A DNA stretch of 64,000 nucleotides from Oopsacas minuta. Lineage: Eukaryota; Animalia; Porifera. The position numbers and the translations under genes are program-made. The notes beneath the pieces are model-generated. The model was given only the letters and a program-made list of their open reading frames with translations. It was not told the DNA's origin and made no database searches. Below are positions 1 through 12,951 of the stretch, in pieces. The first letter of the stretch is position 1; every line of letters begins with the position of its first letter. The stretch covers positions 834,792 to 898,791 of the forward strand of contig JAKMXF010000332.1 of assembly GCA_024704765.1 (NCBI GenBank). Direction: 5' to 3'.

Positions 1-2083
1 TTTATGACTTTCTTAACGTGTATATATTCTTCACTTATAGTCACTAAATTTTCTGTTAAATATAATCAGCCATTTCTTTATGAATAGACTTCAATAGGTC
101 TTTTAGCGTATTTTCTGTCAAACCTTCAGAACAGAATTTAAGGAGTTGCTTTCTAATTGCTGTGTTGGGGATAAAAACACGATCTGAAAATGGGATCATA
201 GGGTATTACTGATCCTGATCGAATTTTGCATCCACTTCTGGTACTGATTTCATTGTTCCCATCGCTATGCCATCTAAAATTATCACATCGGGATGATTTT
301 TACACTTTGTACATATGTAGTTCGAGTCATAATCTATGTCTACTGTTCTCAGATAGGCGTTCCATACCTGATAAACAATGTGATAATGGAATGTATTCGT
401 TCTACCCATTCTGATAAGCTTCCTGTTCTTGGCACTAAAGAGTAAAACGAAGAATTAGATTGTATGTATATAGGAATTTTAATTTATCAAGAATATTATT
501 TTAAACAATACATACCTCAAGTAACCGTACAAAGTATTTCTAGACATGGTCATCAACTCGCTATAATCATATAACAAACTGTAATGAACAAAGCACTTGT
601 TGATGTTTAACAGTAAACTGTTCTGACCTTCGAAGACTGCCAAACAATTGCAAGGTCCACTGCATCTTGAACTGTAAACTATATACTTACAATATAATTA
701 CTGAGTTACCAAGCACAGGCAAATTTAGGGAGGGGGTAAATTAGGACGAGTTGATTGCAATCGAATGAACAATCTTATATGTAGACCAAATAATTATTGA
801 AATTCCTTATAATTGCAAAGACTTGTTTTCAACGGCTAAATACGTAGAAAAACCGATCATACTAAATTAATATTGCGACCGAGCGAATGGTTCATTGATG
901 ATAAATATATACCTTTGTAATCTTTGAATTCTTTAATATCATTTTCTAAATAGATAACTATTCCAACCTTCTCTAGTTTAAGCTTCTCCTCTTCATTGAA
1001 TTTGAAACCATAGTCACAAAATTCCTTTTCAGGATACATGTTTAAAGGTAAATTGATGCCATGGCAGAGCTGATGGTTGTAAATTGCTATTTGGCTTTCA
1101 TCTAGATTGAATGGTATTGCTCTTGTTGATATCGTGTTATATTCAAACTTTTTTTGTGTATTTGATCCAGTATTTTCGAGAATATTATGGAGTCTAGAAT
1201 GTTGTTTGCACTTTGAAGAACAAGAACAACATAACCACCTATCATTATTTAATTGGAAGTTGTGAAAAGTATCATCTGTCAACAGAAAGATATCGTTAGG
1301 ACTTGGGAAATAATATATTATGTCTTCTAGAATGTTTACTTCACAAACTTGCAAACAATCATTTTGTGAACAGAGTTCAAATGTTTGATAATGAGAACAA
1401 GTATCACTATAACAATTAGCGCATAGATTGCTGTTTGTTTCAATTATGATTCTCCTTTTGTTTAGTACAACGGTTCCTTGAAATACAAAATGTTTAGTTA
1501 TGGTAGTGAGAATAGTAAATGTACAGTAGACTCCGATTAATAGGGTCACTTGGGACCAGGCCATTTGACCCGATTAACCGAAATAAAGGTGTTGGGCACT
1601 ACGAACCGGAGCAGAGAGACAAACATGCAAACAGACAACAATAATAGCGATAATAACGTAAATTTACCTTGAGAGTAATCATAATCTGCAATTATAACAT
1701 ATTCACTATCCTCTAACTTATGTATGTGAGACTTCAATATCAATAGTTTTACATACTGGTCAATTATAGGCATTTCTACTTGTTTCATTTCTGGTTCTGA
1801 GAAGCAATCAGGTTGACACTGATCTATGCGAAATATTATATTGAATCAACAAGCAACTAAAGTTTGCTTGAAAGCATAAGGAATTAAGAATATAATTATC
1901 ACCTGGTTTTGACCATGTTGGTACATCTGATTCTATCAATTTTAATGATTCCCCTTCTGATAGGCATACTTTGTCGATGTCTAATGTGATGAAGCTGATA
2001 TCTTCTTTCTCCGAGATTTTTCGTTTTTTTGGGTATATATTATCAGATCCAGTTTGTGAAGTTACTTTTTCAGCCATTTCCAA
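1..2083 (-). pseudogene. Fragmented CxC-cluster / KDZ(Zisupton-Kyakuja-Dileera)-like transposase gene, running off the left edge
   Basis: Collinear minus-strand ORFs 1808-2083, 1546-1788, 857-1564 and 206-409 carry Cys clusters (CANCYSDTCSH, CCSCSSKCKQH, CTKCKNHPDVIILDG). A homolog lies at ~32 kb. The family call is from motif recall. Confidence 0.45.
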
Positions 2084-2272
2084 AATGAAATTATCTAACG
2101 AATGGTATAAATTTATATATCTACTTCTATCATTATAAATGCACCAGCATTCCAGTGACCACTTGTCGTAATGTGGTTTCGAAACTTATCTAATCACATT
2201 CAATTCAGCAGCTTGGGTAACTATGGTTGAAATGATAATGCGTATCTATAAATATGACATACCAATAATCCT

Positions 2273-2318
2273 AATGCAGCGCATGCGCTACTCAAAATGC
2301 AGCGCATGCGCTACTCAT
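2273..2318. promoter_or_regulatory. 23-bp tandem duplication, each unit containing the NRF1-type palindrome GCGCATGCGC
   Basis: aatgcagcgcatgcgctactca occurs at 2273 and again at 2296, about 200 bp upstream of the minus-strand ORF starting near 2083. Confidence 0.4.
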
Positions 2319-2327
2319 TTTTAAATA

Positions 2328-3700
2328 CAGTGCGTTCGGAAATTATTGGCAGTGAATTTGATTTGGTTCCATTCAATATCTATGTTAAGAATGATCAAAA
2401 TCATATGATTTCTAATAATTCGGTACTCTCTCAAATAGAATATACATGAGTAACTAACATATAGCTAATAATTTATCTTCTTACCTCCACCTTTGATGCA
2501 TAACCGAATTCTTTTGTCCATTGATAGACAAAATGGCTTTAAAAATTCAGGGTCAAATGTGTTCCATATCTCCAAAATAGCTTCTTTCAACTCATTTGAG
2601 CTAGTAAATCTCTTTTTGAGGAGTCTCTTCTTTAGTACAGCCCAAAGATTTTCAATTGGGTTCAGATCGGGGCTATTGGAGGGCCAGTCAATCGGATGTG
2701 GGACAAATTCCTGTTTCCAAGCCTTTGCTGCATTTCCTGTATGTATAGGACTGTTATCTTCCTGTAATATCCATTTATTTCCGTATAAAGCATTAGCTTC
2801 TTGTATAAGACACTCATTTAGAACTGTTTTGTATCGTTCCTGGTTGAAGTTTTCGGTAAAAACTTTGAGGTTTGTTTTGCGCATTACCGAAATACCACCC
2901 CAAATATGTAGCTTCGCTGGATGTTTGAAAGTTGGCAGGTTAATGGGCTGTCCTTTCTTTGTCCATACATATATCTTTCCTGAATTCATCCATATAGAGG
3001 ATTCATCAGTAAAGAACACTTTAGACCAGTTCTGACCCCTCATTCGTTTACACCATTCCATTCGTTTAGTAATATGGAGTTGTGACAAGGCTGGAATTCT
3101 TACTGCCTGGTGATATTGTAAGCCTCTCCTCTTCATTTCCTCCGATAGTGTGCTTTTGGCAACTGGAGTACTCAATTTTGATCAACATTCATTCAGAGTG
3201 ATCCTTGGATTGTGTTGAACGAGTGCCATAATCCTATTCCTATCAGACTTGTGCAATATTTGAGGTCGACCTGCTCCTTTCTTATGAGTCAAGCTCTTTT
3301 TGTCAGAAATAGACTTCAAAACACGATATACTGTCCGCTCTGGTATAGCTAGTCGTCTTGATATTTCAGTCGCTTTTGTTATCCCAGCATCAAAGAGTTC
3401 CTTTATTCTGATTCTATTCTTTTCCTGAGCCTTCATACCAAAATTGTGGAAAAATATTGTTAGTGAAAGTCGGAAAATATGGGTCTAAAATGTGTGAACA
3501 AAAATAATAAGCACATATTTAATGTCAAAGATCATTTGGGATAGATAAGGCAGAAAATTAGAATGTCAGTGGATCTATACATTATATTTCGAGTATATTA
3601 TATGTTGCTATAACTTAGACGTCGTAAATAAGGTTGTTTTAGAATATTTATAAAGGATAATGAAAATAGTATTTACTGCCAATAATTTCCGAACACACTG
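2328..3700 (-). mobile_element. Tc1 transposon (DD34E), full length
   Basis: 26-bp TIRs with 1 mismatch (cagtgcgttcggaaattattggcagt / actgccaataatttccgaacacactg). TA on the left, TG on the right. Motifs FTDES, QEDNSPIH and SPDLNPIE. Confidence 0.93.
2465..3436 (-). pseudogene. Tc1 transposase with one in-frame TGA (3182-3184)
   Basis: ORFs 3182-3436 and 2465-3175 are in the same frame (NEC*SKLSTPV). 34 residues lie between the second D and the E. Confidence 0.9.
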
Positions 3701-3789
3701 TGTAAGATTTAGTAGGTTTTATTGAAGTATATTTACTTCTTCGATAAACACGATAAATACATAGTTATGGAAAAATAAAATCCTTTCTT

Positions 3790-3865
3790 TGGAAACGAGC
3801 AAACAAACAGATAAACAAACAGACAGACAGACAGAGAACAATTAATATTAATAGTATACATTGAT
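3790..3865. repeat. (CAAA/CAGA)n microsatellite-tailed repeat end, Helitron/Helentron-associated type; related copy at ~51480-51620
   Basis: caaacaaacagataaacaaacagacagacagacag followed by an AT-rich tail. The upstream ttacttc..gataaac..tagttatg motif recurs at ~51486. Confidence 0.3.
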
Positions 3866-4149
3866 GTTGAAGAGAATATTGAAATGATATTTGCAATAGT
3901 TAAATGAAAATTCTGCTTAATTCCTTGTTTAGATCAACTAAAATATGTAATTACCAATAAACATCACCGCGTGGTCATAATATACTGACTCAGGCTTTTG
4001 ACTAAAAGTTTATTGGCTATCTCGTGCTAGTTACCGACTTATCCAATCATCAAATTGCTTAATCATAAAACACGAAAGGAATATATGGAAAATTAAATTC
4101 TATCGGATTAAAGAATGAGTACTTAAACGTTCTAAGGGTGATTTCCGCA

Positions 4150-5900
4150 ACATTTTACTAAAAAGACCGCCACCTAATTGATTAAATGAATGAATTACAT
4201 ATCCAAAGTGATTTAAGCTATAAAGGTGTGAAAATAGTCGGTTCTATCGATAACCCTGAAGATCCTCCTACTACTGTATTTCTATTATGGTTTCAAGCAC
4301 AAAGAAATACTCGAACATTGTTCGTTTGATATCACTTCGTCAGCACAACTATTTTTTCCCATTATCAAACATATCATTTCCGATAGTGAGGCTTGTAACT
4401 TATTCGTTGAATCTCTATGTACTAATAATTATCCTTTATATGTTAACTTAATTAAATTATTTTGATGTATAGAAAAATTGCAACTATTAGTTACACATCC
4501 TTGTACCCTGTTTGACATTGTTCACATTATAAAATGCATCAGTAATAATTAGTTGAATTTGGTGGATTATGAAAACACCTTTGCATTTCTTCGTTCCCGA
4601 TTGTGATGAGGGTTGTTCAAATTATGTATCTTCAACTAAAAGTTTCAGCGTTTCTAACCCTATCAAAAATATTTTTGTCACCACAAGAAAACCCATCGAA
4701 ATATCCTAGAGTTTGCAGCTACTTTCGAGGATTTAGACGATAATATAAATCATACATTTCCAATGTCCTAAAGAGGGCTCCTAGGCTAACTTCTAAAGCT
4801 TGTTGGCCATACAAAATTAGAAAAAATGTAAGTTAGCACTTAGGAAATTTCATAATCTACATATTGTGGACTGAAAGCATTCAATATTGATATAAAATTA
4901 TTGAGAATTATCAGAGAATTCATGAGTTCCTAAAAAATAACTAATATATGGGATATTTTATGTTAACTGGGTTGGGAAAAAATATAATTCCAATAATGAT
5001 TACTGTGCTCCATTGTGCTCAAACAATTCGCGTATAGAGATTATTGCGCAGGTAGCAAATTGGTTAAAGTGCTGGAATACTCTACCTGGTAAATTTGGAA
5101 AATAACACCGCAAACTTTTATGAGCTTTAGGCATTGTTATATGGCATTCCCATTGATAGTTAATCGACTCACAAGTGATTACAATTCCAATACTCGTTAA
5201 CTGTTAGAATTCAAAGTGACCCTTTAGAACATTACTTCTGACTCTATAAACAAATATCTGACAACCACTACCATAAAACCTATACTCAAATAATAGAGTG
5301 AAAGAACACTACAACTATCAAATATTCTAAAAATGTTTCCTCTAAAATTATCATCTGGAGAGGGTCCAATATCATTGAAAATTATTTGAATACGTTTGTC
5401 AAAATGGTTAGTGATCAAAACATAATTTCTGATCAATTACAATTGCTCAAAATTTATTCCCGATAATCAGATAAGTCCATCACAACTTGAATGCCTTACT
5501 ATGTTGCTGGTTGTGCCGTGTTTTCGTACATGAAAAATTAAATAAATGCACCAATTGTTACAATTTCTTACGATTGACAAACAGATAGAACTGTTCAATG
5601 ATGTTGCTTATCAATATATACTTGTAGATTTATTAGATAGAGCTTCACTTATTTCCATCGCTTATAGTTATTGATCGTGTGAATATTTGCTACAAGCCTT
5701 TATGAAGATAGACACCTAAGAAATTCTATATACAATCTATAATGCTGGCCCATGTCGAAGTGTATTAGTGCGAATAATTATGTCAACTATTAGAGAGAAA
5801 CATATTGGAAAATGGAGAGAATTATGTGATTGTAAAGTATAGTGATGGGATATTTTAAATAAAATAGTAATGACTGTTTCAAATTGTATTCTCTTCAGGA
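4150..5900 (+). pseudogene. Highly degenerate P-element/THAP9-like transposase remnant
   Basis: Peptide islands MNELHIQSDLSYKGVKIVGS (~4185-4245), APRLTSKACWP (~4778) and YYVAGC (~5497), with many stops and frameshifts. Confidence 0.45.
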
Positions 5901-6846
5901 GTATTATTTTAATGCATTAGTTGCGAATTCAGAAAATAAAAAGCGTATCAAATTTAGAAACTAATTCATACTTATCTCTTATAGCTGATCTGATGAAACT
6001 CAAAATACCCTCACATAATTCCTACATAATTTACCTCAGTACAATCAAGATTCCATGCAAGGTATGTATACGTGTACAGTACACTATATCTTTATGTGTA
6101 CTTACTTTCATTAAATATATTACATAGATGTGTACTTACCTCATTCAATATACTAGATGTACGATTTAGTCTACCTACTAACTAACCTCTTTCAGACTTA
6201 CCAACCCTTCGTTGATAATTCCCTGGATTGAAATCTTAAAATCCCTGGATTTTAACAATTTCCCTGGATTTACGGGCCCAATAGTTGAATATATAAAATA
6301 CACTTTATATTCTCCCATTTAGAATAATTCTAATATTTATTTATACCTATAAGTAATAACAGGGTCTACACTGTGGCTTTCGGCCCTCGATTGGGTGAAA
6401 AGCTACATAAAAAATTCGAAAGTAGTTTACTTTTCAAGAAGTAGCAATAATCTATAAAAGTATAGTTATAAATGATATCTAAAATATTCAATTCTCCTTT
6501 TCAAGGCTTTTCCGGGTAGCTTTCTTGGCAATCTCGATCAATTCTTCAGAAATAAGATCCTGACTTAAGTAACAAGCTGTATCGTGATCCATCTTTATAT
6601 TGAGCAGATCACATGTTGTGGATGGGCTCAATAAAGAACGGGAATCAGTCCCAATTTTTTTAACCATGCTGAATAAACGTTCTGGATCAGCATTTGAATG
6701 CGGTAGGGTGAGAAGTATCTTTGAAAGTTTTGATAAGTTAGAGTAAGCAAGAGGGGAATCAGAAAGATCTACTGAAGTAACCACTTCTAACCTGCTCATT
6801 GCTGACCAGAAATGGTCAATAGCAGCTATATCTGTTGGGTTATATG

Positions 6847-9800
6847 CAGTGGCGTAACGATGTCTAGTGCCGCTGGGGGCACATGCTCTAAACGCCGCCC
6901 CCTAAAACGTAACTTTATGAGTAATTATCCTCAACAACTCCTGGGAATGGTGTTGTTTGAAATTTCCCTTCCCCCTTCCCTGGTTCATTAAATACCATGA
7001 TTAGATATTGTTTACAAAATATGTGATTACGCACATATGTTTTAACTTTTAACCCAAAATACAAAAATACTACCGCTTCGGCTCGTTAGTAGCTCTTTTT
7101 CACAGCCTGATCTTTCGTGCTTTTAGTCTCGCAAACTTATCGATCACATGGGTGAAGTCAGTTGCCTCAGTAAGACCTCTTTCGATTGACAAAAGAGCAA
7201 GACTTGACAGCCGCTCTTGTCCCATGGTTGAGCGAAGGTAGGTTTTGATGAGCTTCAGTTTTGAAAAGCATCTCTCGCAAGATGCCACACTCACACACAT
7301 GGTTAGGAATGTCCTCAGCATTATCAGTAGGTTAGGGAACGACATTTGGTGATACCACTACACTAACCACTGAAGCAGGTCGAGCGAATTCCAATGCCCC
7401 ACCATCTCTCCTGTTTGCATCTCGAAACTTCTAATGTGCCGACGCACACGACGGACCTCATTCTTCAAATTTTCAGCAGATATATCGAAGTAAATAGCAG
7501 TGAGCAGTTCAATTGCCGAGTCGATGTCCTTGTCCTTGTTAGAATCCATTAAGAGCTCCATCTTGGTCAGAAATCCGAACTTGGCGTTTACGTCTATCAT
7601 ATGGCTAGTTCTCCGTTTAATCTCCCCATGTAATGTATCCATTATCTGAAGCTGCTCTCGTGCAACCTCCTCTTGCAATGACAAACTAACATCATCTGCA
7701 TCTTCCCCCATCATCTTCTTTCTCCGCCGTACCCTTCTTTCCGTCGGAATCCCATTTCCCTCACAGAATGATACAGCCTTTATCTTTGCTGATTCAACTA
7801 TATTCTCCCGTTCCTCAAAACAAAAGATTACAAGGGCTCCAAGCTTGGTAGCACAAAAGTCCAGTCCCAGGCCAGGAGTTTGGAGAAGATTTGAGTATCG
7901 TTGATTTCCTTAAGTACAGGATTCCAGAAGTTCAGATAGGCTAAGAAGATGTAGGTTAAGTGCTAGACAGCATGATATTTGCTTCCGAGCGCGCGATAGC
8001 CGTCCCGTGACTACTGTCCCGGAGTCGTTCCAATGCATCAATAATAGATTCAAACTCGATATTATTACATCAACAGCATCATCTCTTGAGCTCCATCTTG
8101 TTTCGCATGTCCTTTTAATAGTCCTTCCTGGAACATGCTGTTTAAATACTTCCTATCGGTGAGTTGATGTCGAGAAGAAAGCAAAGAGACGATCCAGCGT
8201 ATCAAAGAAGGTGATGGCATTAAATGAAGCTTGCGCAGAGTGTACTCCAGCTAGGTTCAAAGAGTGATTGTTACAGGGAATGTATATAGCGAGTTTATTC
8301 ACATCAAGAATTCTGCGCTGCACACCACTATGGATACCGGCCATCGTAGTAGCGTTGTCGTACCCTTGTCCCAGCATGTCTTGGACATTAAGATTGTCTT
8401 CCTTTAACTTGGCCAAGATTAGATTTGTCAGTGCTTCAGCCCCCTTCTTCTCAAACTTAATTAAACAGAGGAATGTTTCCTTCACCTCAACATTTCCACT
8501 AGAGATTTTCACATATCTCAGTACTTGTGACATTTGATCGTCATGAGCAAGATCTGGGGTACTATCAAACATAATCGAGTAGTACTTTGCCTCCCGAACT
8601 TCCTCAAGAATCTTTTCCAACACATGTTGACCGAGAATAGAGATAAAATCATTCTGTATCGCTGGGGAGAGATACGAAAGAGTGTTTGGTTGGGATTGGA
8701 TACGAGTGAGATGTTCTCGTACTACCGGATCGTAGTTGCCAAGGAATTTCACAAGCTCAAGGAAGCTTCCTGTATTCTCGGTAGATGACAGAGCCTCTCT
8801 GTGACCTCGGAATTCGAGATTTTACAGAGAGAGGAAGCAAATGCAGTCGAGAATTCTCTTTAGAATATTCCGCCACTTGGACACACTATTATTCAGGGAT
8901 TTTTGGTTCTCGGCGTCTATCTTTGCACTCTTTTCAAGGCCCATGCAAAGCTCGCCCACTGTAAACAGGAGTTATCGTGACCTGCTGAGTCTTCATGTGC
9001 ATGAACACGCGGATTTAACTTGCTCCAGTCTCCAAATCCAATAGCTGTTCCGAAGGCGCTTGATGTATTGCCGAACAGACGGCAACAAAAGCACTGGAGA
9101 CAATTCATCAAAGGCGAGTACACTGGCCATGTGCGTAGAAGCTGCTCCCCCGTTGTCTAGAGTTCTGTAAAACCAACTGCGATTCATGCTTCTACTTTTA
9201 TTTGCGTTGTTTTGGAAGAGTGGGAAGGATCCATCTTTGTTCTGGAGACCGAGGGGTCCTCTATGAACAATCTCCACTCGTAATGCGTCTGGGATAGAAG
9301 TGGGCCAGGTTCCAATGTCTTGGAAGAAGTTTCCCTTGGATGAGTGCCGCTTTCGCACTCGTGTATAGTTTCGGATGGATCCGGATCACTCCTGGTTCCA
9401 ATATCACTCTCTACACTTCCATTATCTTCTAATGGCGGATCAGGGATCACGCGTTCTTGACCAGTATTTTGGGGTGGATGTTGTACAGGGACTAGAAAAC
9501 GTTGCAATTCAACAGCTCCTATCTTGTTTTGTGCGTCGCACTCTTTGCGTTGACGTTTGTAACCAGCCCCGCTCCGGCGGGAGCGAACCTTTGCACGATT
9601 GGAGTTCATCTCATATACAAATAGTACTATATTTAACATATAATATTATTATATATCGGTTAGCACTCACAACTGCTATCTATTATACGATTGTAGATAA
9701 TTAACCAGTTTAAACAATGGTTTAATCAAGAGGGGTGGATTAAAACTTTAAAGAGACAACCCTGGTTAGAACAGATATAAATTATCATGGAGGGATTACA

Positions 9801-9902
9801 TGAGATTTATCATATTTGTGTGGCCAATATGTCAAAATGCCGCCCCCAGAAAGTGCCGCTGGGGGCACGTGCCCCCATTGCCCCCGAGTCGTTAAGCTAC
9901 TG
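6847..9902 (-). mobile_element. hAT transposon (ZMYM1/TTF-type), nested, with 8-bp TSD gttatatg
   Basis: TIRs cagtggcgtaacga / tcgttaagctactg (12/14). gttatatg lies at 6839-6846 and 9903-9910. Confidence 0.93.
7100..9639 (-). pseudogene. Inner hAT transposase (TTF zinc finger, DUF4371-like core, hAT dimerisation domain), fragmented
   Basis: YSPLMNCLQCFCCRLF; SIMFDSTPD; GQGYDNATTMAG; PCNNHSLNL; SVASCERCFSKLKLIKTYLRSTMGQERL. Confidence 0.88.
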
Positions 9903-12900
9903 GTTATATGATGGAAGCTGATTATCTGGTGTAATCTTATAAGCAACAAACTCTTGAATTATTTGGCCAATTTCCTCAGAAGTAATAGTCATGAATTGTT
10001 TACAGAGGCGTGTAATGGATTGGATACAACAATGTGTACGATTACGAGGATTAAGAAACGCTAAGTCGCTTAATGTATCGTTCCTGTGAGGGAACTTAGC
10101 GAGCATTTTGAAACAACAGTCTCATAAAACCAGCGAACACTATCGTAGAACCCGTCACCCATTAAGGTGTCATGTATTTCATCTTCAAACTCTGAAATAA
10201 GATCTAAAGTGTCATTTCCAACAACTAGTCTATTTCTAGGTAACAGGTTCACTTTGTTACGATAGTCAATGGCTAGAATTTCAGTATAGCGATAATTACT
10301 TCAGGTTGTACAAAATTAGCTAAATAACCACGAAGAAGTAATAGTGTATCTTCTTTTATGGCACCGATGCGGCTAGCATGAGTTTGAAATAGTATAGTAA
10401 ATTTGTTGAGTGGCTAAAGAGCGAAGTGTGCAAATGTACAAATTAATTTACCTTCAAACTATTTAAAGAGTCAGCGACTCTTTTAATACGGTTGTTTTTC
10501 GGTTCTATATCCATTTGCCTGTCAAAATATGCTCTCAAGGCTGGCCACGGTTTAAGCAAGCGTTTGAGGCACCTAAGTAGGCTCAACTACCTGGTTGTGC
10601 AGTGCTTCAAAACTCTCACGGGTTTGATTTCCTCAAACTCAGCTTGGATCACAGAAATTCTTCCCATCTCTTAGCACTATATTTGAAGTGGTAAAAACAT
10701 CAATAAGTAAAACATCCACAGATATAGGGAGAGACTTTAGTACAGCAGCACCAACCAAGTGAGCTAAGTTGCACAAGCACCCGAGACTGAACATGCGTGG
10801 TTGCTTTTCACCTATTCGACTGAGTACTGAGTTACGCGCTCCAACCATAACGTTTGCGGTATCTGACGCAAATCCGATCACATTTTCCCAAGGAAGATTA
10901 CGTTCCTCGAAAACAGTGCTTAGAGCATCAAATAGATTTTGAGCTGTTGCAATACTACAAATTGGCATTGCCAGAAATCGTGTCATAGCTTGGTTGTTTC
11001 TATTGCACCAATATCTCACCAGGACAGTAAAATATTTATGATCTGTCATATCGTTTCCGCCATCACAAAGGATTGAAAATGGTTCAGAGCGGCATTTATC
11101 GTTGACCATATTTCTAAGAGATGGAGCCAAAGCGTGAGTGATAATGGCTGTTGCTTTTGTTCGGGCACATGAATAAGATTGAGCAATGTGGCTATCAGGA
11201 AACATAACTTTAGTCAAAGGAGTGAGGTGGTCTGCGACGAGGAACGGCAAATTATGTTCTGCGACAAATAAGGAGAAATATATTTCTGCTGACATAACTT
11301 GTTTGTTCAAGGGGTTCAAAGATGCCGCAGCCACTAGTGCAGTAGAAATAGAAGGTTGTTCATCTACTTGACCTAGCAAACTTTTATGTTTAGCTGTCTT
11401 TCGGTGACGATCTACTTCATGTTTCCCACCACCAGAAATACAAATATCAACTTGGAAATCGTACAAAATGCAAAACCAACACCCTTCTTGCTTGGTTTCA
11501 TTCTAACGCTGCCCCACTCTTCCTTGTATCTACATAATATCTTTGGCCTCTTTACAGTCATATAGATATAGTAAATTCAAAAAAACCTAAAAAGAATAAA
11601 ATATAGGCTCAATGAATATCAGGAGAATAATAAACTGTAATCAAGTCAGATTTCTGAATGAAACCATACTCCATATTAAAAACTGAAATCAGAAAACAAA
11701 ACATATCGTAAATATTACAAATCCAAAAAGAACCAGTACCATTACCAGTACGTCTGAGGAGAAGCTTAGAACTCCCTGACAAATCATCCAGGGAAATCCC
11801 TGAATCATTTTACTTCTCACTTATAAACCAGTTTGGAAGTCACCATTATGGAGTTGTTCGGATATAATTCGTATAGCTTATATGCATAGGCATATCGGAG
11901 ATATTATATAACTCAACAAGGACCCGTACGTCTGAGAAGGAGCTTGTAACTCCCTAACTAAAGATCCAGGGAAATATCTGGATGATCCAAGGAAATCTCT
12001 GGATCTTTTTTAGGTTATATATAATCTAGTTCTGAAGAATAACTTATTGATTGTTATGTAACACTTATAGTTATTGACAACGTAGTTGAAAATTCACAAT
12101 TTACCCGGTCGATACAAACTTTCGAATCCCTCGATTTTCCAGTAAATCCCTGGATCCCTGGATCAGAGGTTAAATCCCGGGGTAATCCAGAGATCCATGG
12201 AGGGTTGGCAAGTCTGCTCTTTAATCATTAAAGTTACAAGATGTCATTCTGTACTTAACCTCATTATTCATTACAATTGAAGATACTATATTTGCTTTTC
12301 TTGGTGTTTAATTTTGTTTTTGTGATTGTTGAACTGCTGATTGGTTGTAATTTTACCCTAGAATGTCAATAAAAATCTATTATAATCTCAAGTTTAGTGT
12401 AGGTGGTTAGATTGGGTAATATTGGGTTAACATAGTCAAGAACGAAGTCTGATCCTACGATTTTTGCAAATTAGGATGATATATTGATACTAACCACAAT
12501 TTTACAAAATCTACATTGAACGGTATTAACCCATACATAGGACATACAGTGCCAGTGCCATAGTGTATTTGAATTCTATATTCCCCTCTAACTTTATGGA
12601 TCGTTTCCATTTCTCTGACAGCTTATCTATGTATTGGGCATAGAATTCTGGTGGAATAGTCCCTCTTGCTAAACGAGCATTTGGTCCCCTGAAAAAAGCT
12701 TTGGAGCACAACTCGTCACAACTTATGACATTTCTAGCTCATCTTTGATAATTTTATGAATGATTGATTTTTGGAACCCAGTCGTCTCTTCTAACTCCAT
12801 GACTGTTACACGTCTCTTTTTCTTCGAAAATCCAATCTATTAACCGAATATTATCCTGGGTACTTAACGATTTAGGCCGACATAGAGTTTATTATTCAGT

Positions 12901-12951
12901 TGTATCACAGTCATCTTCAAAATCTCTAGCCATCTATAAATGGTTGGTAGC

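Larger units (their letters stand above)
6488..11530 (-). pseudogene. Outer hAT transposase, frameshifted and split by the nested hAT
   Basis: Motifs AEHNLPF..ADH, FSILCDGGND, GFASDTANVM and C-terminal LLTLPHSNADPERLFS. Removing the insert and one TSD restores the frame PSYN|PTDIAAIDHFWSAMSRL. Confidence 0.85.
6193..12216 (-). mobile_element. hAT-superfamily transposon (outer) with 6-bp TSD ctcttt
   Basis: TIRs cagacttaccaacccttc / ggagggttggcaagtctg (16/18). ctcttt lies at 6187-6192 and 12217-12222. Subterminal ccctggat repeats occur at both ends. Confidence 0.88.

Noticed and set aside
2493-3035. 180-aa plus-strand ORF, and similar ORFs at 8268, 17362, 42583, 49723 and 61714
   Set aside because: Antisense shadows of transposase or TYSND1 coding strands, with no independent motifs.
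3182-3184. In-frame TGA in the Tc1 transposase as readthrough or selenocysteine
   Set aside because: No SECIS or readthrough context is seen; a simple nonsense mutation is sufficient.
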